A DNA stretch of 64,000 bases from Deltaproteobacteria bacterium (GCA_029210625.1 JARGFU010000001.1:201123-265122); one strand, 5' to 3'. Positions 23,625 to 33,405 are shown, numbered from the stretch's first letter. Program-made: numbers and translations. The notes: generated from the letters alone by a model not told the origin.

Positions 23625-24091
23625 TCAGCGAACGCCGAAGGACGCGACCTGCGGATGCACCAGCCGATCGAAGTCGGCGTAGGCGAGGAGGATGGCCTCG
23701 TGGTGGTTGCCCGCCTCGAAGACGATCTCCTCGTCGTGGGTGAGCTTCTCGTCCACCACCACCGGCATCCCGTAGAGGTTGCCGAAGGGAGGCATGGCGC
23801 CGACCTCGCAGTCGGGGAAGCGCTCGCAGATCTCCTCCTCGGTGGCCAGGGAGACCATCTTCGCCCCGACGGCCTCGCGCAGCGCCGAGAGATCGATGTG
23901 GTTGTTCGCGTCGAGCGCGACGAGGATGTCCCGGTCGTCGGCCTTCACCAGCACCACCTTCATCATCATGTGCCCGGGCACGTGCAGCGCCTGGGCGATC
24001 TCGGGCGCGGTGAAGCGCTCGTGGTGCGAGAGGATGATGTAGTGGATCCCGTACCGATCCAGGTAGGTCCGGAGCTTCCTGACGATGGCCA
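23625..24091 (-). CDS. YbaK/ProX-family aminoacyl-tRNA deacylase-like protein
   Basis: ~155 aa with 'MAIVRKLRTYLDRYGIHY...' and an overall YbaK-like pattern. A GGAGG ribosome-binding site precedes the ATG at 24091. Confidence 0.6.
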
Positions 24092-24184
24092 TGGCACACC
24101 TCCTGGCGGCCGGCCGCGGGGACCTTCCTCGCGGCCTCACTCATCGACCGCTGCCCACAATATGGGATCCGCTTGCGGCTACGG

Positions 24185-25510
24185 CTACCGGGCCCGCCCG
24201 CCCCGGGCGAGGAGGGCGTGGAGCAGGAGGCCCACGACGATCGTCGCCACCCCCAGCAGGGCCTCCCGGGGCCGCTGCCCCACCGACCAGACGATCATCC
24301 AGAGGGCGAAGCCGACGAAGAGGAGCGGCGTCAGGGGGTAGCCCCACGTCCGGTAGGGGCGGGGCAGGTCGGGCTGGCGCCGGCGCAGCACGAAGACCCC
24401 CGCCACGGTGAGCGCGGCGGAGAGGGAGAGGGTGAAGCCGATGTACATCAGCAGGGCGTCGAAGGAGAGGGTGAGCACCAGCACCAGCGCCAGGGCCGCC
24501 TGCAGGACGATCGAGGCGGCCGGCCCTCCCCCGTCGGGGCGCAGGCGCAGGAAGCGCAGGGGTCGGTGGTCCTCGCCCATCGCCTCGTAGACCCGGGGGC
24601 CGACCATCAGGAGCGCGCTCACCGAGGAGACCAGGGCCAGGGCGATGCCGGTGGAGAGCAGCCGTCCGGCCGCCTCGCCGAAGAGGGAGACCGCCGCCAG
24701 GTGGCCGACCTCCACCGTCCCCTTCAGGGCTGCGGGCTCGAGGCCGAGGAGGAAGACCAGGTTCAGCCCCAGGTAGAGGAGGGTCACCAGCCCGGTCCCC
24801 AGCAGGAGCGCGAGCGGGAGGGTGCGGGCGGGCTCCCGCACCTCGCCGGCCAGGTAGGCGGCGCCGTTCCAGCCGCTGTAGGCGAAGGCGACGAAGATCA
24901 GGCCCACCGCGAAGGGCGAGCCGAGGAGGGCCTCACCCGAGAGGGTGAGGTCACCCACCGGCTGCGCTGGCAGCAGGAAGGCGGCGCCGACCAGGAAGAC
25001 CAGGATCAGGCCGATCTTCACCACGACGAAGAGGTCCTGCACCGCGGCGCCGACCTTCACCCGTGCGGTGTGGAGCGCGGCGAGCCCGAGGATCAGCACC
25101 ACCGCCGAGGCCGACGCCGGGAGGCCCGGCACGAGGGCCTCGAGGTACTTCCCGAAGGCCACCGCCGAGGCCGCGGTCGGCGCGGAGAAGCCCACCACCA
25201 GGGAGATGAAGCCCGCGGCGAAGCCCACCGCCGGGTGGTAGGCCTCGGCCAGGAAGCGATACTCCCCGCCGTTGCGGGAGATGCTGGCGGCGAGCTCGCC
25301 GTAGGCCAGCGCCCCGCAGAGGGCGAAGAGCCCGCCGAGGAGCCAGGCCAGCAGCACCGTCCCCCCGCCCTCGAGCTGGGCGGACAGCAGGCCCGTGGTG
25401 GTGAACACCCCCGTGCCGATCATGCTGGCGGCCACCACGCCGGTCGCCGTGAGGAGCCCGAAGCGGCGCTCCAGCGGCCCCTCGCCGCCTGTTGTCCGGG
25501 GGTCGTTCAC
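24185..25510 (-). CDS. APC-superfamily amino acid permease
   Basis: 12-TM profile with 'GTGVFTTTG' and 'GGEYRFLAEAY' motifs typical of amino acid/polyamine permeases. Confidence 0.85.
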   Translation of the reverse strand: MNDPRTTGGEGPLERRFGLLTATGVVAASMIGTGVFTTTGLLSAQLEGGGTVLLAWLLGGLFALCGALAYGELAASISRNGGEYRFLAEAYHPAVGFAAGFISLVVGFSAPTAASAVAFGKYLEALVPGLPASASAVVLILGLAALHTARVKVGAAVQDLFVVVKIGLILVFLVGAAFLLPAQPVGDLTLSGEALLGSPFAVGLIFVAFAYSGWNGAAYLAGEVREPARTLPLALLLGTGLVTLLYLGLNLVFLLGLEPAALKGTVEVGHLAAVSLFGEAAGRLLSTGIALALVSSVSALLMVGPRVYEAMGEDHRPLRFLRLRPDGGGPAASIVLQAALALVLVLTLSFDALLMYIGFTLSLSAALTVAGVFVLRRRQPDLPRPYRTWGYPLTPLLFVGFALWMIVWSVGQRPREALLGVATIVVGLLLHALLARGGRAR

Positions 25511-25606
25511 CGCGCGAGGGTTATCGGATCCGGGGCGGGAGGGAAACGCCCGACCGGCACCGAGACGGGGGTTGGGCTATGCTCTCACGCCCGGAGCCCC
25601 AAGCTC

Positions 25607-27850
25607 ATGATGGTCACCTTCTGCATCGCCGTCGCCGTCGGCGTCTCGCTGGTCATCCTGGCCCAGCGCCTGGACATCTCGGCGATCTCGGTGCTGCTCA
25701 TCGGCGGCATCCTGGTGGGGCCGGAGGGGCTGGGGCTGGTGCAGCCGGCCACCCTCGGCGACGGGCTGGGGACGATCATCGCCATCTGCGTCGGCCTGAT
25801 CCTCTTCGAGGGAGGGCTGACCCTCGATCCGGCCGGCTACCGGGGTGCGGGCAAGGCCATCCGGGGGCTGCTCACCAAGGGCGTGCTGATCACCTGGGTC
25901 GCCACCGCCGCCACGGTGCGGATCCTCTTCGACTACTCCTGGGAGTTCTCCCTCCTCACCGGCAGCCTGATCATCGTCACCGGCCCGACGGTGATCGGCC
26001 CCCTCCTCAAGCGGATCCGGGTCCAGAAACGGATCCACCACACCCTCCACTGGGAGGGGGTGCTCATCGATCCGGTGGGCGTCTTCATCGCCCTGCTCAC
26101 CTACGAGTGGATCATCGGCGGCGGGCTCGAGGCGATCACGGTCTTCCTCACCCGGGTGCTCGTCGGCCTCACCCTGGGGCCCCTGGCCGGCGCGCTCATC
26201 GCCGTGGTCCTGCGCAGCCGCATCGTCCCCCAGCGCAGCCTCAACACCTTCACCCTCTCCTGCGCCATCGCGGTCTTCGCCGCCTCCGACGCCCTGGTCC
26301 ACGAGAGCGGGCTGCTCTCGGTGACGGTGGCCGGCTTCGTGGTCGGCTACCTCGACGTCCCGGGGATCGACAAGCTGCGGGTCTACAAGGCCGAGCTCAC
26401 CGAGCTGCTGATCGGCCTGCTCTTCATCCTGCTGGCGGCCAAGCTCGACCTCTCCAGCTTCCTCACCTACGGCTGGCCGCTGCTCTCGGCCGTCGCGGTG
26501 GTGATGCTGGTGGTCCGGCCGATGAACGTCTTCGTCTCGACCTTCGGCTGCAGCATGGGGACGAAGGAGAAGCTCTTCCTCTCCTGGATCGGCCCGCGCG
26601 GCATCGTCGCCGCCTCGATGGCCTCCCTCTTCGCCATGCGGCTGGCTGAGGGCACCTCCCGTCACGCCGAGACCGCGCCCTTCCTCGAGGCCTTCACCTA
26701 CTCGGTGATCGCCGGCACCGTCCTCTTCCAGGGCTTCACCGCTGGCTGGGTGGGCAAGCTCCTCGGGGTGCTCGAGCCCCAGCCCACCAGCTGGCTGGTC
26801 ATCGGCGTCCACCCCCTGGCGAGGAGCGTGGCGCGCTTCATCGAGAGCTGCGGCTTCTCGGCGACGATCCTCGACACCAACGTGAGGGGCGTGAACCTCG
26901 CCCAGCGGCAGGGGCTGACCGCCCTGGCCCAGAACGCCCTCGTCGTGGAGAGCGAGAACCACCCCGAGCTCTACGGCATCGGCCACGTCCTGGCGATCAC
27001 CCGCAACCAGGACCTCAACACCCTCCTCTGCCAGCGCTGGCACCGGGAGACCCCCGGCGCCCGGCTCTACCGCTGGTCCCAGGACGATCAGGCCGCGCTG
27101 CACGAGCTGCTGCCCAACGTCTTCGCCGGCCAGCGGGTCTGGGGCAGCTTCCGCCGCGAGGACCTCCAGGGCCTCGAGACCCCCACCGCCGGCCCCCGGA
27201 CCGTGGTGAAGACCGTGAACGTCGAGACGATGAACCACCCCGAGCGCGTGCTGCTCTGCTTCGACGGCGAGACCCTGACCCCCTTCGTCCCCGAGGGGGC
27301 GAGGGGGGAGTGCAAGGTCCTGGAGCACCACCCCCTCGAGGTCTCGCTCAACGTGCGGCTGCGCCCCGAGTGGATCGTCTACACCTCGGCGGGCACCATC
27401 GAGGAGGTCCTGCACGAGCTCCTCGAGCCGCTCCAGGACGACTACGCCGAGCTCGACACCGCCTCACTCCACGCGGAGCTGGTGGCCCGGGAGAAGGAGT
27501 TCTCCAGCTTCGTCGGCTTCGGCGTCGCCCTGCCCCACGCCTACGTCGATGGCATCGACGACTCGGCGGTGCTGGTGGCGCGGCACGAGTCCGCGCTGCA
27601 GTGCCGGCACTCGGGTGAAGAGATCCGCCTGGTCTTCCTGGTGCTCTCGCCCCGGGATCAGCCCCGCAAGCACCTCAACGCACTCTCCGAGATCTCCCGC
27701 TTCGTGATGGATCAGGAGAACCGGGAGCGGCTCTTCGACGCCCACGACCGCGCCGAGCTCGAGGCGGTCTTCTTCCCGGAGCCCACCGTCGAGGTGGAGA
27801 CCACCGCGAGGGCCGCCGGCGAGCCGCGGCCGGAGCCGCCCGAGGCATGA
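25607..27850 (+). CDS. CPA1 (NhaP-type) cation/H+ antiporter fused to a C-terminal PTS EIIA type-2 (PtsN-like) domain
   Basis: N-terminal ~420-aa multi-TM Na+/H+ exchanger domain ('LFEGGLTLD', 'IIVTGPTVIGPLL'). The last ~150 aa resemble EIIA(Ntr)/fructose-type EIIA ('FGVALPHAYVDGIDD...RLVFLVLSP'). The upstream 1.4 kb of the track ORF (24173..) is antisense to the permease and is not coding. Confidence 0.75.
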   Translation: MMVTFCIAVAVGVSLVILAQRLDISAISVLLIGGILVGPEGLGLVQPATLGDGLGTIIAICVGLILFEGGLTLDPAGYRGAGKAIRGLLTKGVLITWVATAATVRILFDYSWEFSLLTGSLIIVTGPTVIGPLLKRIRVQKRIHHTLHWEGVLIDPVGVFIALLTYEWIIGGGLEAITVFLTRVLVGLTLGPLAGALIAVVLRSRIVPQRSLNTFTLSCAIAVFAASDALVHESGLLSVTVAGFVVGYLDVPGIDKLRVYKAELTELLIGLLFILLAAKLDLSSFLTYGWPLLSAVAVVMLVVRPMNVFVSTFGCSMGTKEKLFLSWIGPRGIVAASMASLFAMRLAEGTSRHAETAPFLEAFTYSVIAGTVLFQGFTAGWVGKLLGVLEPQPTSWLVIGVHPLARSVARFIESCGFSATILDTNVRGVNLAQRQGLTALAQNALVVESENHPELYGIGHVLAITRNQDLNTLLCQRWHRETPGARLYRWSQDDQAALHELLPNVFAGQRVWGSFRREDLQGLETPTAGPRTVVKTVNVETMNHPERVLLCFDGETLTPFVPEGARGECKVLEHHPLEVSLNVRLRPEWIVYTSAGTIEEVLHELLEPLQDDYAELDTASLHAELVAREKEFSSFVGFGVALPHAYVDGIDDSAVLVARHESALQCRHSGEEIRLVFLVLSPRDQPRKHLNALSEISRFVMDQENRERLFDAHDRAELEAVFFPEPTVEVETTARAAGEPRPEPPEA

Positions 27851-29253
27851 GTCCGGGCGGCAGCCCCTCCGCGCCCGAGCGCTTCGACGTGGTCGTCGTC
27901 GGCGCGGGCACCGCCGGAGCCGCCGCGGCCGGGATGATCGCGGCCCGCGGCTTCCGGGTCGCCCTCGTCGAGGCCCGCGCCCGGAGCGCCGCCGGGGCGA
28001 GCTGGATCAACGACGTGCCCCCCTGGATGTTCGAGGCCGCCGGCCTCGCCCTCCCCGAGAGCCCGGAGAAGCACCTCGGCGGCCGCCGGATGCGGATGCT
28101 CGGCGAGACGGATCGCACGCGGCTCACCCTCGAGGAGCGCCCGATGTGGGGCATCGACTGCCGCCGCCTCGTGCAGCGCCTGCAGGAGGGCGCCGAGGCC
28201 GCCGGCGTCACCCTCCTCGAGGGCACCCGCCTCGAGGAGGTGGAGTGCGAGGGCGAGCGGCCCGTCCGCGTCCGCCTGCGCCGCAAGGGCGCCCGGGGCC
28301 TCGCGCGCACGCTCACGCTGCGCGCCGCGCTCTTCGTCGACGCCAGCGGCCTCGCCGGCGCCCTGCGCGAACGGACGCCGGCGATCGCCCGGGCCTGCCC
28401 GTCCCCGCCGCCCTCGGATCGGGTCAGCGCGGCCCAGCAGATCCGCGCCATCACCGACCGGGAGGGGGCCGCCCGCTTCCTGGAGCGCCTCGGTGCTCGC
28501 CCCGACGAGTTCCTGGTCTGGTCCGGCCTCCACGGGGGCTACTCCACCCAGGTCGTCCGGATCGACCCGAGCTTCGAGAGCATCGACCTGCTCACCGGGA
28601 TGATGGTCGAGGTGGATCCCTCCGGCGGGCCGCGGAGCCTCGAGGCCTTCGCCGCCGCCCACCCGTGGATCGGCGAGCCCCTCCTCGCGGGCGCCGCGAT
28701 CATCCCGGTGCGGCGCCCCTACGATCGCCTCGGCTTTCCGGGCGCGGCGCTGATCGGCGAGGCCGGCTGCCAGACCTTCCCGGCCCACGGCAGCGGCGTG
28801 GGCGCCGGCCTGATCGCCGCCCGCCTCCTCGCCGACGCCCTCGTGGGGCAGAGCGACCCCGGGGACGAGGCGGCCACCTGGGCCTACTCGGCCGCCTTCC
28901 AGCGCGAGCGGGGCGCGGTGAACGCCGCCTACGACGTCTTCCGCCGCACGGTGCAGGGCCTGCGGGGAGAGGAGGTCCGCCACCTCCTGGAGGTCGGACT
29001 GATGACCCCCGGCACCACCCGCCCCGCCCTCGAGCAGCGGATGCCCCTGCCGCGGCCCTTCGAGCTGCCGGCCCTCGTCGGCGGCGCCGCTCGCTCCCCC
29101 GCCGCGGCCACCCTCTTCGGCGGCGCCCTCGCCCGGATGCTCGCCACCCACGCCCTCTACCGGCGCTACCCCGAGGCACCCGACCGGCGGGCCCTGCGCT
29201 CTTTTGGCCGGCGCCTCGGCCTCGTGAGCGGCCGGCGAGGGGATCCGGTCTGA
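27847..29253 (+). CDS. FAD-dependent oxidoreductase (geranylgeranyl-reductase/halogenase-like family)
   Basis: 'VVVVGAGTAGAAAA' dinucleotide-binding motif. The start overlaps the antiporter stop by 4 bp. Confidence 0.75.
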   Translation: MSPGGSPSAPERFDVVVVGAGTAGAAAAGMIAARGFRVALVEARARSAAGASWINDVPPWMFEAAGLALPESPEKHLGGRRMRMLGETDRTRLTLEERPMWGIDCRRLVQRLQEGAEAAGVTLLEGTRLEEVECEGERPVRVRLRRKGARGLARTLTLRAALFVDASGLAGALRERTPAIARACPSPPPSDRVSAAQQIRAITDREGAARFLERLGARPDEFLVWSGLHGGYSTQVVRIDPSFESIDLLTGMMVEVDPSGGPRSLEAFAAAHPWIGEPLLAGAAIIPVRRPYDRLGFPGAALIGEAGCQTFPAHGSGVGAGLIAARLLADALVGQSDPGDEAATWAYSAAFQRERGAVNAAYDVFRRTVQGLRGEEVRHLLEVGLMTPGTTRPALEQRMPLPRPFELPALVGGAARSPAAATLFGGALARMLATHALYRRYPEAPDRRALRSFGRRLGLVSGRRGDPV

Positions 29254-29271
29254 ACGAGAGAAGGAGAGCCC

Positions 29272-29937
29272 ATGAGCACCCTGATCGTCGGCGCGAACCG
29301 GGGCATCGGCCTCGAGGTGACGCGACAGCTGCACGCCCGCGGAGACGAGGTGATCGCGACCTACCGCGGGTCGCCGGGAGGCCTCGAGGGCCTGGGGGTC
29401 CGCGCCGTCGGGGGCGTGGACCTCACCCGCGGGGAGGAAGTCGCGCGGCTGATCGAGGCCCTCGAGGGCGAGACGCTCGAATGCGTCCACGTCGTGTCGG
29501 GGGTCCTCGAGGAGAGCAGCCTCGGCCACCTCGACTTCGAGGCCGTCCGCCGGGTCTTCGACACCAACGCCGTGGGCCCGCTGCGGGTCGTCGAGGCCCT
29601 CCACCGCGCCGGCCTCCTCTCGCGGGGCGGCCGGATCGGGCTGGTGACCAGCCGGATGGGCTCCATCGCCGACAACACCTCCGGGGGCAGCTACGCCTAC
29701 CGGATGTCGAAGGCCGCCCTGAACATGGCGGGCAAGAGCCTGGCCGAGGACCTGCGCGAGGAGGGGATCGCCGTCGCGCTCCTCCACCCGGGCTACGTCC
29801 GCACCGACATGACCGGCGGCAGCGGCCTCATCGACGCGGACGAGTCGGCTGCCGGGCTCATCGCCCGGATGGACGCGCTGACCCTCGAGGCGAGCGGCTC
29901 CTTCTGGCACATGAGCGGCGAGCCCCTCCCCTGGTAG
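29272..29937 (+). CDS. Short-chain dehydrogenase/reductase (SDR; CsgA-like small SDR)
   Basis: 'LIVGANRGIG' cofactor motif and the 'YAYRMSKAAL' YxxxK active site. Confidence 0.85.
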   Translation: MSTLIVGANRGIGLEVTRQLHARGDEVIATYRGSPGGLEGLGVRAVGGVDLTRGEEVARLIEALEGETLECVHVVSGVLEESSLGHLDFEAVRRVFDTNAVGPLRVVEALHRAGLLSRGGRIGLVTSRMGSIADNTSGGSYAYRMSKAALNMAGKSLAEDLREEGIAVALLHPGYVRTDMTGGSGLIDADESAAGLIARMDALTLEASGSFWHMSGEPLPW

Positions 29938-29962
29938 GCCTCATTTGCTACCCTCGATCCCG

Positions 29963-30802
29963 ATGCGCACCCTGATCCCGCTTTTCCTCCTCGCCCTCCT
30001 CCTCCCCGCCTGCCCCAGCGGCACCGACGACGGCTCGCTCGACGGCGGCCGCCCCGACGCCGCCCTCGGCGACGCGGGGGAGAGCGACGGCGGGGACCCC
30101 GACGGCGGCGCGGACGACGGCGGCACCCCCGACGGCGGGGACCCCGACGGCGGCGCGGACGACGGCGGCACCGGCCCCATCGATCCCCTGGCCGGCTTCG
30201 GCGGCCTCTCCGGGGACTGCTGGGTGCTGGACACCGAGCTGACCGACCCGACCCCCTCCATCCACGTCAACCACCTCGACTTCGCCCTCGACCCCTACGA
30301 CCACCCCGCCGACTACGACCAGCTGACCCCGGGCGGGCAGGTGATCATCGACACCCAGAACGCCGGCGGCAGCTCGGAGTACTCGGAGCTCTTCTCCTAC
30401 GAGGTCCTCGCCCGCTGCGAGGGGGCCGCGCTGCTGAAGACCGAGACCGAGATCGTCTACGACACCGCCGGCGCCATCACCGACATCCTGGTGAACATCG
30501 ACGGCCAGAAGATCGGGGTCAGCGTCACCCGGGCCATGATCTGGCCGCTGGACGATCCCTTCCCGGTCTCGGTCGCCCAGGCCCGCCTCGAGGACAAGCT
30601 GGCGGGCGTCATCGCCTCCTCGGCCAATGTCAGCGCCGGGGACGCCTGGGTGAAGCAGATCCTCCACTTCATCGCCTACGGCCAGGAGCACGCCGACTCC
30701 CTGGTCACCGCCTTCGACCTGGTGGACCCCGCGCTCAAGGCGGACACCATCGTCTACGTCACGGTGAGTGACGGCGACGACCTCTTCATCTACCAGCAAT
30801 AG
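29963..30802 (+). CDS. Hypothetical secreted lipoprotein with DGG-rich tandem-repeat linker
   Basis: Lipobox 'LLLPAC' and a 15-aa unit 'DGGDPDGGADDGGTP' repeated twice. The globular C-terminal domain is unassigned. Confidence 0.5.
   Translation: MRTLIPLFLLALLLPACPSGTDDGSLDGGRPDAALGDAGESDGGDPDGGADDGGTPDGGDPDGGADDGGTGPIDPLAGFGGLSGDCWVLDTELTDPTPSIHVNHLDFALDPYDHPADYDQLTPGGQVIIDTQNAGGSSEYSELFSYEVLARCEGAALLKTETEIVYDTAGAITDILVNIDGQKIGVSVTRAMIWPLDDPFPVSVAQARLEDKLAGVIASSANVSAGDAWVKQILHFIAYGQEHADSLVTAFDLVDPALKADTIVYVTVSDGDDLFIYQQ
30085..30171 (+). repeat. Tandem repeat: 42-nt unit repeated twice at a 45-bp period, in-frame within the lipoprotein linker
   Basis: 'gacggcggggaccccgacggcggcgcggacgacggcggcacc' occurs at 30085-30126 and again at 30130-30171. 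Confidence 0.8.
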
Positions 30803-30888
30803 AGCGGGAGAGGGCGCCGGGCACCGCTCCGGGTGAGGGCCACAGCCGATAGAGACCTCCGGGGGGAGAAGGACAGGGGCACCGAGCC

Positions 30889-32859
30889 ATGACCACGCGT
30901 CAGGACGGCGGCGGTCGCCGCTCTCTCGGAAGAGTCGTCTCCGACATCAGCATCGACACGGTGCTCGGGGCCATCAACGAGACCCTCTACGTCTTCGATC
31001 CCGAGACGGGACGCCCCCTCTTCTGGAACGCGGCGCTCAGCGCCATCTCGGGCTACAGCGATGAGGAGCTCGCAGAGATGCCCGGGGCAAGCTCTGCCTT
31101 CTACTCCGACGAGGACGTCGAGAAGCTGAAGGGCGCGCTGCGGGAGATCTACGAGGAGGGCCAGACCCGGGTCGAAGCCATGCTCCGCACCAAGGATGGC
31201 CGCGGGGTGCTCTTCTCCTACGACGCGGTCCTGATCCAGGACCACGAGGGCCGCCCGGCGATCTGCGTCCTGGGGCGGGACGTGAGCGCCGAGCGCGCGG
31301 CGGAGCGAGCCCTCGCGGAGAGCGAGGCCAAGTTCCGCATGATGGCCGAGCAGTCCCTCTTCGGGCTCGCCGTCATCCAGGACCAGAAGGTCGTCTTCGC
31401 CAACGCCGAGGTCGCCCACATCAATGGCTACAGCGTCGAGGAGATGATGGCCTGGGAGGCACGAGAGTTCGCGAAGGCGGTGCACCCCGAAGATCGAGCC
31501 TTCGCGGTGGAGCAGGCCCGCAAGAAGCAGGCAAACGAGGCCGGGGCCAGGACCCACTACAGCTACCGGATCCTGAACAAGCAGGGTGAGACGCGCTGGG
31601 TCGATCAATACTCGCGCACGGTCATCCATGGGGGTCGCCCCGCCGACCTGATCTGCCTGGTGGACGTCACCGCCGAGCGCCGGGCCGAGGAGACCCAGGC
31701 CCAGCTCCGGGAGCAGCTTCACCACAGTCAGAAGATGGAGGCCGTGGGGCGGCTCGCGGGCGGCATCGCCCACGACGTGAACAACATCCTCGGCAGCATC
31801 CTGATGCTCGCCGAGTGCATGGGCCAGCAGACCCTCCTCGAGCCCTCGGTGCGCGAGGACCTCTCGCGGATCGTCTCGCTCTGCGAGCGAGGCGGGAAGC
31901 TCACCCGGGACCTGCTGGGCTACGCCCGCAAGGGCAAGCACGTGGGGACTCAGACCGCGCTGGCCCCGATCGTCGAGGAGGTCGCCGATCTCGTGCGCCG
32001 CGCGACCCCGAAGACGATCACGACCACGGTCGAGATCCAGGAGGAAGGCATCGAGGTCTTCGGCGATCCCGACCAGCTGACCTCCGCCCTGATGAACGTC
32101 CTGGTGAACGCCGTCGACGCCGTGCCCGGGGGGGGCTCGATCACCGTCCAGCTGACGAAGGTGAAGCTCGAGCCAGGCCACCCGGCCCTGGCGCGAGGCC
32201 TCGAGACCGGCACCTACGCCTCGATCGCGGTGCGCGACTCCGGGGCGGGAATCCCCGCCGACCTCCTGGAGAAGGTCACCGAGCCCTTCTTCACCACCAA
32301 GGCGATGGGCAAGGGGACGGGCCTGGGCCTCTCGATGGTGGACGGCGTCGCCCGCAACCACGGCGGCGCCCTCCTCATCGAGAGCCAGCTGGACGAGGGC
32401 ACCCGGGTGACGATCCTCCTGCCCTCCAGCGCGGTCGCCAGGGCCGGGGCAGGTGACCGGCCCGCTTCCCGGCGCCCCCCGGTTCGCCCTGCCGGCGGCG
32501 CGATCTTGGTGGCCGAAGACGAGCAGTTCCTCCGCGAGAGCCTCCACGCCCACCTCGAGACCCTGGGCTTCGAGGTCTATGACGCAGCCGACGGGCAGGA
32601 GGCCGTCGATCTCTGTCGGCTCCGCAAGGGTGACTTCGTGGCGGTCTTGCTGGACCTGGTCATGCCCAGGCTCGATGGCATCGAGGCCTTCGAGCTGATT
32701 CACTCCCGCCACCCCGACCTGCCCGTCGTCCTCATGTCGGGCCACACGGTCGAGGGCAAGCCCGACGAGCTCCTCCAGGCCGGCGCGGTCGGCTTCCTGC
32801 AGAAGCCCTTCACGCTGGACGAGCTCATCCGGGCGCTGAACACCGTGGTCCCGGTCTAG
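30889..32859 (+). CDS. Cytoplasmic hybrid sensor histidine kinase (2x PAS, HisKA, HATPase, REC)
   Basis: H-box 'AHDVNNILGSI', G-boxes 'GLGLSMV' and a C-terminal receiver ('LLDLVMPRLDG'). The antisense 693-aa track ORF is rejected. Confidence 0.85.
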   Translation: MTTRQDGGGRRSLGRVVSDISIDTVLGAINETLYVFDPETGRPLFWNAALSAISGYSDEELAEMPGASSAFYSDEDVEKLKGALREIYEEGQTRVEAMLRTKDGRGVLFSYDAVLIQDHEGRPAICVLGRDVSAERAAERALAESEAKFRMMAEQSLFGLAVIQDQKVVFANAEVAHINGYSVEEMMAWEAREFAKAVHPEDRAFAVEQARKKQANEAGARTHYSYRILNKQGETRWVDQYSRTVIHGGRPADLICLVDVTAERRAEETQAQLREQLHHSQKMEAVGRLAGGIAHDVNNILGSILMLAECMGQQTLLEPSVREDLSRIVSLCERGGKLTRDLLGYARKGKHVGTQTALAPIVEEVADLVRRATPKTITTTVEIQEEGIEVFGDPDQLTSALMNVLVNAVDAVPGGGSITVQLTKVKLEPGHPALARGLETGTYASIAVRDSGAGIPADLLEKVTEPFFTTKAMGKGTGLGLSMVDGVARNHGGALLIESQLDEGTRVTILLPSSAVARAGAGDRPASRRPPVRPAGGAILVAEDEQFLRESLHAHLETLGFEVYDAADGQEAVDLCRLRKGDFVAVLLDLVMPRLDGIEAFELIHSRHPDLPVVLMSGHTVEGKPDELLQAGAVGFLQKPFTLDELIRALNTVVPV

Positions 32860-32880
32860 ACCGGGGTTCACGATTCCCGA

Positions 32881-33405
32881 TCAGGCTGCCGGCTGGCAGG
32901 GCTCGGCGGCGGCCGGGCGGCCCTGCAGGAGGCGGTCCTCGATGCTCCGGCGGATCCGCTCGAGGGAGGCGTCCCGGTCCAGGAAGAGGACGGCCTCGAG
33001 GGGCGACACGCGCCGGAAGACGTCCCGGGCGAAGGGGTCGACCAGGGTAACGACCAGGCCGACGCGGCGCGTGGCGTGGAGGCGGAACATCACCGAGAGG
33101 TCGATCTCTCTCGCGACCACCGCCGGGCGGACGTCGAGGAGGACCGCGTCGAAGGCGCCCCGACCGGGGGCGGCCAGGTCGGTCGGGATCTCACCGACGC
33201 AGGCGACCTCCCAGTCGTGGGCCTGGAAGTGCGCGACGATCGCGCTGCGGCGCTCCTCGCTCATGGAGTAGAGGAGGAGCCGGCGGGAGGGTTGGAGCCG
33301 GAGGGGGCGGGAGGGGTCGAGCTGCCGGGGGGTGAGGTCCATGGTGAGGTGTCCTTCGGAGCGACGATGGGGGAGCGGGCGGCGTCGCTTTTGTGCAGAG
33401 TCCAT
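32881..33405 (-). CDS. Atypical receiver (REC)-like single-domain protein; start uncertain
   Basis: A 'AVLLDVRP' phospho-acceptor-like segment and overall ~120-aa REC-like pattern, but no N-terminal acidic 'DD' pair. Candidate starts are at 33405, 33342 and ~33264. Confidence 0.4.
   Translation of the reverse strand: MDSAQKRRRPLPHRRSEGHLTMDLTPRQLDPSRPLRLQPSRRLLLYSMSEERRSAIVAHFQAHDWEVACVGEIPTDLAAPGRGAFDAVLLDVRPAVVAREIDLSVMFRLHATRRVGLVVTLVDPFARDVFRRVSPLEAVLFLDRDASLERIRRSIEDRLLQGRPAAAEPCQPAA

Noticed and set aside
24173-25606. N-terminal 478 aa of the 1225-aa plus-strand ORF
   Set aside because: Arg/Glu/Gly-rich nonsense antisense to the APC permease. The real antiporter starts at 'MMVTFCIAVAV' (25607).
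30790-32871. 693-aa minus-strand ORF
   Set aside because: Antisense to a bona fide PAS hybrid histidine kinase.
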